From: Octopus sinensis
Lineage: Eukaryota
Assembly: GCF_006345805.1 (NCBI RefSeq)
Contig: NC_043000.1
Span: 42,904,001-42,968,000, forward strand
Length of the DNA: 64,000 nt
Direction: 5' to 3'
The position numbers and the translations under genes are program-made. The notes beneath the pieces were generated by a model. That model did no database searches and had not been told where the DNA came from. It worked only from the letters and a program-made list of their open reading frames with translations. This document shows positions 51,670 to 64,000 of this stretch, piece by piece (position 1 is the stretch's first letter; each line of letters begins with the position of its first letter).

Positions 51670-52620
51670 GAATGTAAAAGGCTTATCTCTATGATCTCGG
51701 TTACTATCGTGGCCTTGGTATTTAAGTAGAGTAGTTTGTGTCTCTCTCAACTACGTCACACACATAGTAACCCATGGGCTTACAATCGCGGAATTTAGGA
51801 GACAAGGAATTGGGACTGGTGAAGTTGTAAACATCATCCGATAACCATTTCTGACTCTTTCCGGAGAAATCATGCCCCTTCATATATGGCCCACACACGG
51901 CCTTCAAACAGCAACCTTCTCCAGCCATGGTTTGATCACAATCTCCAATAGGTTCACATAGCTCTCTGAATTGTGCCTAAGTCCTTATTCAAAGATCTGG
52001 GGCATCATGGAGTCAGCCTTACTGGAGATACACACTTAATCTCTCACAATTTGGAGGAACTTAGTTTTCATGATACCTGGGACATCACATGGATTGTAGG
52101 CAAGCCACTTGTTGTTCTGGGTTCTCGCAGAAATTCTTTTCATCTGAGAAGAGCTAATTTAATCTCCAGGTCAATAGAATGACTCAGCTTGTTCAGGAGG
52201 TTCCTTACCTTCGTCAGGCAATTCTTCGTGGCCTTGGCTGTCAGATCTTGTCCCTTGCGCGTCTTGTACGAGTGGTAACGAGGGTTTTTCATTGAAGACT
52301 AGCTTTATGGTAGTAATTCCAACACCCATCTCTCTCGCCCAAGCCCGGATCCCCTTGATCTGATCTTCCATTACCTTGTCCCGCAGCTGTTGGATGAACT
52401 CCAGCGTGCGGACGCAGTCAGAACATCAACGATGTCAATCCCCGCTGGCCATGACTTCGTAGTCTACCTTACAGCTGTCCATGTCACTTTCTTATAGCCT
52501 TTATATTGTTCACAGAGAATTGAACAGCAGTCATGGTGTTGGCATTTCGATACCTGGTGCGAATCCTCATAATCCAGGTAACACTTTTCTAATATTCAGA
52601 TGGTTTCCAGTCCTCCATGT
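51670..52620 (-). pseudogene. Tc1/mariner-superfamily transposase pseudogene (maT/DD37D-like inferred)
   Basis: Frameshifted peptides RTLEFIQQLRDKVMEDQIKGIRAWAREMGV (HTH), YHSYKTRKGQDLTAK, FSDEKN, IVIKPWLEKV, SGKSQKWLSDDVYNFTSPNSLSPKFRDCKPMGYYVCDVVERDTN (degenerate SPDxNPMDY). Confidence 0.8.
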
Positions 52621-53299
52621 ATAGTAAGCAAACGTTTTTCTAAACTACAACTTTAATGTTTACGTTTTCCATCACCACTGACTGTTCTCCAATACACCAT
52701 ATTATTTCTGAAAACAGGTAAGATAATAAGAAATAGGCAGATTTAGTCCAAATAGCCCATATATATTTTACATATTAATGCATTCAATTTCTGGAAAATA
52801 ACCTTTAATTTACATACTAAAGAAAAAAACACTGATAATTATTGTTGAGCAGAAAACATCACGATTTTAATATTTTTGTTTTCGTCAAATTTATAAAACT
52901 GGGTTCTTTTCATAACTCAAAATGCCAATAACAGAGGATGTGAATTTGTGATTCGCACTTGAACTGAAGAACAACTTTATTTTCATCAATTTAAAATTTC
53001 ATTTGCAATTTAAATTGTTAATTCATTTAAATCTAGGTTTAACATGAATTAAATCAAGGCTTTATTGTGTTTTATTCCATCTTTATTAGTGGAAATGAAT
53101 GCACATGAATTAAATAATTTTATTGCTACTTATATATTTTATTGACCACTGAATGAGCGTGTGAAAAATAACAAAGACACCTAGCCTAATTTGGACTCAT
53201 GCTGAAAAGTGATAGAAATAGATATTACTGGGTCTCTAGCTGTATTCTATTAGAATCGCACATCAACGACAGCACCTCGATGTGGTCGTTCCATCTGTT

Positions 53300-53466
53300 A
53301 AATGTAGCCCCTATATATTCCACAAACCACAAGACGAAAAGACAAATTTGATAGCGTAATTCCAGGTATATTCTATCTTAAAAGAAAGACGAGATGGTCG
53401 GAGCTGGAACGCTATTGATTATAAATTTGTTAAATCAGAGCTGACTTATAGTTAAACAACAGCGGC
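53300..53466 (+). repeat. Degenerate family E repeat, 3' part
   Basis: GAGATGGTCGGAGCTGGAACGC...GAGCTGACTTATAGTTAAACAACAGC. Confidence 0.4.
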
Positions 53467-55699
53467 AACATTTTCTACATAAAAAAGAGATTACTATTAA
53501 TCACAACACTAAAACGATTCTTAATTACTTTCCAGTTTTTAATTGAATTAAAGATGTTATTTTACTGCCGCTGTTATTGTTGTTGTCGCTGTTATTAAAT
53601 TTTATTTTTTATTCGCTTGTCAATACATCAGAGCTTGAGGTTAGCTGCACTTTTTTCATAACCGACTCCTTCTACTACCATCATCTTTTCAGTGCTTTGG
53701 CGACATATCCTTCAGTCAATAATTCAATTACATCTCAGAAATACGCTCTTTCTCTCTAATCTTCCCCACTTCTTGTCTCACACTAAAACTAACTATGCAA
53801 CCTTAAAGAGAAACAAGCAGTTAAAATGCTGTTGACAGATCTTATTGTACAGATATGAAAATGCAAAAGCAACTTAATATCTCTCAGAGATCTTTCGGGC
53901 CACTTATTATCTAGCACTGCTTTGGTTCAAATCATTGTTATTTAATTTTGATTATGTATAAATTTATTGTTCTCTTTTTATCCAACCCGTCTCTATAGTA
54001 TCTGTAACCATAGTAACAAGTAAAACACTGTCTAAAGAAAAATTATGTTTGCGAAAGGTCAGCTCTGTTTTTCCTTTCGTTTATATAGTTATTTGCTTCT
54101 TCTCTTCTTTGAATTTTAGTATTTTCTTTTTTGGTCTTTTTCTTTCATTTTCTTTTTTTTTTCTTTATTTTTCTTTATTGTTTCTGTAGTAATTTCATTG
54201 CCATCATAATTATATCCACCTGACCTAAGTTTAACCATCAGAAAACTTTCATAATTAGAGAACAATGCAGCTTTCTGCGGAACATTAAATTAGATTTTAT
54301 AATCTTGCAACGTATATGTTGTTTTAACACCGGTATGCTGGACATAATATTATTTCAAGTGATTCAGACCAACAAGTAAATTCTTGATGAAACGAAACGT
54401 TGAGTAGATTTTTGGCATCAATTATTTGAATAGTAATTTCACTTCACGTATGCTAGTATTAATCTTATAAATGGCAGGGCCCAAACAAATTTGTATTAAG
54501 AAATTTCTAAACAGAAAGGCAGCAAACAGTGAATGAAGAGACACATGTATTGGACGATGTACTCCTAGATCTAATGAATACATTTTATCTTAATAAAAAA
54601 CATGACTGCCACATGAGAATATCTTTGATTATGGATCATGTATTCGATCCACAGTTAAGGGTACTTTGAATCAGAGATTTCATACAAACTCAAAAGCAAC
54701 ATATTAGGTTCAACAACAAGAGCACTTTAAATAATGTCGTCTTGAATATACACTGCCCAATATGACAGACAAGATTGTCAAATATGTTATGCCTTTAAAT
54801 GTAGACCTAGTCTGTTGATGACGAAATGTTTGACCTGTTTTTCAAAATGATAATTTCTTCAATAATCCTGTTAATGAACTGCTACTTGTTTGCATGCATT
54901 TTAGTTATAGGATTTTAGCTATAGCATGATATAATAGTGATATATTTCTGCTTTGAAAGTCAATCACAAGTCATGACGCCTAAAGCTGCGTTTTGTTACT
55001 GCTGAAACCTGTTTCATAGATGCCTAATTACTGGCTTAGTTGATCATACGACCTTGGTTAAACTACAAAGTGATACTGAATAATGTAGTTTTATCAATAA
55101 ATATTTATCTAGAACAAAAATTCATGCAAATAGGAATGCGATAGTCCAACAACAAGAATATTAAAGAAATTAATATTTCGACATGTCATGTTAAATGTTA
55201 CACCATTACGTAACTGGGCTTTCAATAAAATATATTGCAGATTTTACTATCATGCCGTTTTAGTGAGTTATTGCATATATATGCCTTCATTATCCAATGG
55301 GTTAAAAACTTCTCTCCAAGTATTCGTCAGTACTTTAAATAGATACATCAAGGTCAGCACTAGCCGGTGATATTATTACAGATAATCTTAGAAAATTATC
55401 ACAGATTACGAACTTTAAAGGGCTAAAAATGTAGGCCTATTAATGTACCTTCAAGTTTTCAGCACAAATCAATTCGAGGTAATTTTTGCTGTCCATCTTT
55501 CAGGTGGAGATAAATAAATTCCAGTGTATTATAGTGGAAGTGTAATCTTCTGTCCGCCAGGACCCATAATTTCTGATTTTGTGCTTATTAAGATTTCATC
55601 ACAGGTAATATTAATGTTCTTCAATTTAACTATTTCTTTTCCTGCAGCAGATTTTTGGAATTAGAAATAAACCAGCAACTAATATATAAATATCGTCAG

Positions 55700-55825
55700 A
55701 AATACATGCATACATACATACATACATACATGCATGCATACATACATACATACATACATACATACATACATACATACATACAACATACATACATACATAC
55801 ATACATACATACATACATACATACA
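55700..55825. repeat. (CATA)n
   Basis: Read directly from sequence. Confidence 0.95.
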
Positions 55826-56890
55826 TTTATACACGAATGGGCAACTGCTCTGAACCTCTAGATTCTGTATCCAGATTATAAATTCACATTTATACCAAAA
55901 ATAATTGGATGCTTTCGGTTTTATGAGTAAATGCCTAATTGACAATCTGAATAACTTTCGGATTTCAAAAACAGAAATCAACCAACTGCTCGCACATTAC
56001 AAATTCAATCTCTAAGTGGAACAGTAAAAATATGCAACACTTTACTCAAGTTTAAAATATGACTTTGTTTTCGTTGTCTACATTCAAACGAGGCGCTTTG
56101 TATCGATCAGCTCCTTGCTTAGAAGTGAAATTAAATAAAAAAGACTAAAAACAAAAATGGACATACATACATATATATACACATACACGCATACATACGT
56201 GCATACATACAAATATACACATATGTGTGTTTGAATGTATGTAAGCATGTTTACATCGATTTATGAAGAAAAGTACGTAAAAATTATTTTGGATATGCGG
56301 AACGTGTTGTATTAATATTGGAGCCTCGCCTTACTAAAATATTCGCAAGGAATATTGACTGATATTAAAGAATCCATTACTCCCAATTTACTTTCTGACA
56401 GTTTTATGTCATCCTTCCATTATTTTGCCATAGACATCCATAAGATTAATCTTTAAGGAGTCTCAGCTAATTACAATTTTTCTTCAAATTCTTCTTCCTC
56501 TTCAATTTGTAAGTTCTAAGAATACTAGAGTGAAATAAGGGATAAAGCTGTAACTTTCATTGGAATAGAGGATACATGAAAGAGGGGATTAAAAAGAAAA
56601 AGAGAGGCAGAAAGAATGAGTTAGTGTCAACGAGAAAAACCGAGAAGGTGAGAATGAAAGAGGTAGCAAAGCGAATAAGAATATAGGGATATATGACTTA
56701 CGTCACACAATACGAACTGTGATAAAAACAGATCAAAAATGCGTGAACTGGAAGAAAACCAAGGTCTGAATTTCTTCGGAAAAGAATTTAGATGAAATGA
56801 AACATGAGAGAGGGACAAGTATAAAGGAAAAGACAAATAAAAAGAGAGAAGAGAGATGAGAACAAACGATTGTTGTGAAAGTTGCAGTTT

Positions 56891-57215
56891 AAAAAAGAGT
56901 AGTTTCCCCTTCGATCATGAATGACCATGGAATTGCCCCTAGAAAGTTCTTCCTCCGATGCACATATCCGAAGACCAGCAGCCGCCCATGCATACCGGAC
57001 TCCTTTCTCCATGCCACCAATATTAGCCAAGAAAAAGACAAAGGTCGATGCAGCCAGGCACCAGTGAGGTAACAACTCATTTCTACAGATGAGTGAATTA
57101 GAGCAACGTGAAATAAACTGCTTTGCTTCCGAACACAACACAGCCCCGTTCGGCAATCGAACCCACTACCTCATGCTTGTGAGCCCGTGGATCTAAACAC
57201 TGAGCCATGGGCCAT
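56891..57215 (-). mobile_element. tRNA-derived SINE family C
   Basis: Minus head ATGGCTCAGTGTTTAG (A box) ... GGTTCGATTGCC (B box); body homologous to 46109-46437. Confidence 0.8.
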
Positions 57216-57499
57216 CACTTAGCTGTAGATTACTGCATTATTTATCAAGTAGGAAGTATGTTATCTCGTGAATATTATTGTGACTGATCCTGCTCCCTTG
57301 CTACCAACTATAAAATCGTGGTAGCAATGAACCAGTATCACCACTTTGTTCAGAAGGTGAAGCCTAGACATTCTGCAAAAACTAATGGATCTAGCAAGAG
57401 AAACATCATTGTATCAAACGAAGCATTCAGGACTACTATGGAAATATGAAAAATCATTTTATAAGTTTTTAACTTGAAGTCAGTCGTTTCTTGTTTATA

Positions 57500-59955
<2,456 letters not shown>

Positions 59956-60352
59956 GCGGGGAGAGCAATTAGAAATCAAACAGACACCTACCTATACATA
60001 TATACACAACTGACATAAGTAGATGTAAGCTTGACTCTAGAGTTCATTGCCTGAAATTTCTTGCGCTCACTGAAGAAAATGTTTCACCAATATTTATTGT
60101 GCTGAGAATCAATACAAATAACGCTACTTAACATGAAAACAGTGAAAAACTTTAGAAAAGCGTCAGAAAAATTACCATGATATAACAAAAAGGGACAGAA
60201 TCCCTCTGTATTTATACAAATATAATTAAAATATATAGAAACCATCTCTGTCCAGTTGTCAATGATATATCATGAAAAGTCTTTTACGCCAGGAACCGAA
60301 AGTTTTAAAGGCATTAGTGCAGTTGCTAATAATAATTATATTCCTACATAAA

Positions 60353-60720
60353 TCTCTCTATATATAAAGCTGAAGTTGTCTGTGTATGGCAGGTTTGGTA
60401 GCCTTCAACTAACACTGTCTCCTCCGAAACCCTGCGGCGCAATTTGACCAAAATAGAGAGTATGATAGAAGAAAGCTTGCTCTTCATTTCCTAGAAGATA
60501 CAATTCAAATCGGACCATGTTAAGACCAAAAATTATTTACATCAAAAAGATGCTTTTTTTTATGAAAATCCCTTTTTTTTACGAGTTTTTGACTGCTGTA
60601 TCGCCATTTTTCAGTGTATTTCACCTAAAGAGAATAACAAGCTATATAATGCAAAATTTTTAATTTTCAAAAATTCCAATTCTAAAGGGTCGAAACACAC
60701 CCGAGCAACGCCGGGTAAGT
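60353..60720 (+). mobile_element. Non-autonomous Helitron, 3' CTAG lost
   Basis: 5' A|TCTCTCTATATATAAAG start and 3' hairpin CCCGAGCAACGCCGGG (60700-60715) are typical Helitron termini; no terminal CTRR seen. Confidence 0.6.
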
Positions 60721-61617
60721 ATATAAAATATACTGCCAATTATCACATCATGAAAATCAACAAATGACCTTCAGTTAATGGAGGCCACTATGTTCAGTCA
60801 TGGAAAGGCCGATTGTCATCATCTGTCTACCACTCATCGTAGTATCCGCCATAGCTACAACATGAGCGCAAAAAGGAGAATATAAAAAAAGTATTCTCAG
60901 TGAATGGTTTCAAGAGAATATTAATTCGTTCCAACTTCTACAGCTGCAAATCTGTATTCAACTATTATTGATAAGAATACTACAGAGGTGATGTTAAAAT
61001 ATTTATGATACGAAGAAGTGTATTTACTACGAAGTAACGAACCATCAATTTTGCTAATAATGAATAAATAATTACTTACATTCTCTTTCAGCAGCTGTTA
61101 GGACGTTTGTTTTACAGATACTAAAGAAGCAAAATCAAACCAAAAATAATTATCAAATTTCGGAAACAAAAATATTATTGATAATATCAGCTATGCAGCA
61201 ATGTATATGAAATGTAAACAAACAGCAAATTATCACCTGCTTAAATGGAAAAGTGCTCAAGAGAACTCTTAGATATTTGAATTTATAACCCTCAAGCAGG
61301 AGTTGAAGCTATCATTGTGATATCATGTACATATAAAGGCATCATGTACTGACCAAATCGCCGTGCAATGTAATTAATATGAAGATTAGTACTGAAAATT
61401 TAAAGATGAGATTGCAGTAACGTGCAAGGCATACTGACCCATTATATAGAAGAATATTGTTGGCGCGTTACAATCAAAGCTTCTGCAAAATAGAAAAAAT
61501 GTAGTAGGCTAAATAAGATAATCTGAATCAGAGTAGGGATAGATTGCATGGTAGTTGAAACCATTTGCCCTGCAGCGTTCACGTAACGTTGAATGTAAAG
61601 AAAGAAAAGACATATAT

Positions 61618-62057
61618 CTCTTCTGTCTCTTTTTCTTGTTTCAGTCCTTAGACTGCGGCCATGCTGGAGCATTGCCTTGAACTTTTAGTCGAATGACTCG
61701 GCTCCAGTGCTTATTAATGTTTAAAGTCTGGTACTTATTCTATCTGTTTCTTTGCCGACCTGTTTAGTTACGGGGGCGTAAACACACCAACACCGGTTGT
61801 CAAGCAGTGGTGACGGAGAGACTCAAACAGAGAGACGCACACACACACATGCACACACAAACTCACATGCATACACACACACACATACACATACGACCAA
61901 ATTCTTTCGGTTTCTATTTACCAAATCATCTCAGAAGGCTTTGGTCGGCTAGCGGCTATAGTAAAAGACACTCGCCCAAGGTGCAACGCAGTGGGACTGA
62001 ATCCGGAGCCATGTGGTTGGGAAGCAAACTTTTTACCACACAACCACGCCAGCGCCT
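61618..62057 (-). mobile_element. SINE family A
   Basis: GACTGCGGCCATGCTGGAGC tail; CAACGCAGTGGGACTGAATCCGG head; internal (CA)n. Confidence 0.88.
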
Positions 62058-62136
62058 ATAGAGAGAATTATACATATGGGAATTATGAGAGAATTAAGCA
62101 TATACAAGTACTAACCGCGGACTATTTCGATCTATA

Positions 62137-62356
62137 CTCTCTTACTCTTTTACTTGTTTCAGTCATTTGACTGCGGCAATGCTGGAGCACCGCCTTTAGT
62201 CGAGCAACTCGACCCCGAGACTTATTCTTTTTGTAAGCCCAGTACTTATTCTATCGGTCTCTTTTTGCCGAACCGCTAAGTGATGGGGACGTAAACACAC
62301 CAGCATCGGTTGTCAAGCAATGCTAGTGGAACAATCACAGACACACAAACACACAC

Positions 62357-62393
<37 letters not shown>

Positions 62394-62559
62394 CACGACA
62401 GGCCTCCTTCAGCTTTCATCCACCAAATCCACTCACAAGGCATTGGTCGGCCCGAGGCCATAGCAGAAGACACCCGCCCAAGATGCCACGCAGCGGGACC
62501 GAACCCGGAACCATGTGGCTGGTTAGCAAGCTACCTACCACACGGCCACTCCTGCGCCT
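62137..62559 (-). mobile_element. SINE family A, well preserved
   Basis: CTCTTTTACTTGTTTCAGTCATTTGACTGCGG ... CTACCACACGGCCACTCCTGCGCCT; internal (TA)n. Confidence 0.92.
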
Positions 62560-62750
62560 ATATGTGAATATTTGGTACATTTCCTTAGGCACCAATTTCA
62601 AGGAACTGGTCTTCACAAGACCAGAAGAGAAATATTTAATGTAAAAATACAAGTCATTAGTGCAAATTAAAATATGTGAAACGCTCCAGAACTTTAGCCT
62701 GTAATATATTCACGATATAGACATATATACACATTGCAAAGATATGCATA

Positions 62751-63140
62751 TCTCTCTTTTACTCTTTTACTTGTTTCAGTCATTTGACTACGGCTATGCT
62801 GGAGCACCGCCTCTAGTCGAGCAAATCGGCCCCGGGACGTATTCTTCGTAAGCCCAGTACTTATTCTATCGGTCTTTTTTGCCGTAAACACACCAGCATC
62901 GGTTGTCAAGCAATGCTAAGGGGACAAACACAGACACACAAACACATACATATATATATATACATATATACGACACACAAACACACACACATACATATAT
63001 ATATATACATATATACGACAGGCTTCTACCAAATCCACTCACAAGGCATTGGTCGGCCTGGGGCTATAGAAGAAGACACTTGCCCGAGATCCCACACAGT
63101 GGGACTGAACCCGGAACCATGCGGTTGGTTAGCAACCTAC
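62751..63140 (-). mobile_element. SINE family A with internal deletions
   Basis: Same tail and body as 62137-62559; internal (TA)/(CA) block occurs twice. Confidence 0.88.
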
Positions 63141-63684
63141 TTTATTTCATAACATTTGCCATAAAGGCAGTACATAGAGTAAAGTGGCTTTGCGGGCTGG
63201 ACGAGGACATTAATGAAATGAATGATAATGAAAGAAAGATGATAAGGATGGGAGAAGACAAAAAGCGCCCGCCGACTTCTGCTTCTCTAACACATTGTTC
63301 TTTTAAAAACAAACACAAAACGAGGTATTAAACCTCTTACAATTTTTACAACTTTTCAATTTTTGGACTTAACAGTCCATTACTAACAACAACATAGTTC
63401 AATAATTACATATGATATAAATACAATACACAAAGCCCCTCCTCCCAGACCTGGCTTACACTTCCCTTAGGAATGCGCCAGCTCTAGGTCGGGGCCCCTC
63501 AAGTCGTATCTAAACATGTCCTATCAAACATAAAAAATACATTATCACTTCTCCCTTCCTCGTCTTTCCGGACCTCCAGTCAAATATCTAGCCGCCTGCA
63601 GAGCAGACCACGTTCACAGCCGGGGGGTTTAGAAGGAAAGCGAAGTGCCTGTTATCACATGTTTGTGTCACACAGTGCCACAAT

Positions 63685-64000
63685 TTATGACTCATCCTCA
63701 AAATAACTTGTTCCCGTATCCTCTGCCATCCACCACGCCTCCCTCAGAACCAAATCGAGTTCCGTGTTAGCGTTGCCCGGGAACAAGCTATAATCCTCAT
63801 TGAGCTCCTTCAGCCCAAGCGTCACGTCGAACGCCACGGCCTCCACAGCTACCTGCGGAGGCCATTCGGGGTCCTGTGTGAAGGCTAAAGGTGCTCCCTT
63901 ATGGTGTTTTTCCATCACCTTTTCAATCTCTCCGCCTCTATGGAAGAAGATCAATATATCGTCTTTCCCCGGGGGCGGGATATTCAATTCTTTCGTTGGC
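63685..64000 (-). other. GC-elevated reading frame open to the window edge; unidentified (probably mobile-element ORF or exon)
   Basis: PTKELNIPPPGKDDILIFFHRGGEIEKVMEKHHKG...LREAWWMAEDTGTSYFEDES*: complex composition, no stop up to position 64000. Confidence 0.35.

Noticed and set aside
54380-54405. TTGATGA AAC GAA ACGT T hammerhead-like string
   Set aside because: No helix II and no element context.

Overview
AT-rich eukaryotic DNA packed with microsatellites. The SINE families and repeat style match what I recognise from octopod cephalopods (Octopus-like); the taxon is an inference. I find no recognisable host protein-coding gene, rRNA, tRNA gene or CRISPR array, so this is probably intergenic DNA or a large intron. 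Almost all ORFs in the track are translations of simple repeats. Identifiable content: four decayed R4/Dong-type REL-endonuclease LINE copies, each with at least one end in a (TAA)n tract; one RTE-clade LINE fragment; Penelope-like remnants carrying hammerhead-ribozyme-like motifs; a Tc1/mariner transposase pseudogene; mariner and piggyBac-type MITEs; a non-autonomous Helitron; and about 20 tRNA-derived SINE copies in four families (called A-D here). The most interesting observations are: (1) a near-complete minimal hammerhead with a compensatory U3-A8 core at 8332-8370; (2) a set of elements tied to TAA/TTA tracts (LINEs, a 546-bp non-coding element, SINE-B tails); (3) a LINE whose interior is replaced by an 820-bp foldback A/T-tract repeat; (4) three inverted repeats clustered at 2-5 kb. 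Motif alignments and most boundaries were done by eye and are approximate.
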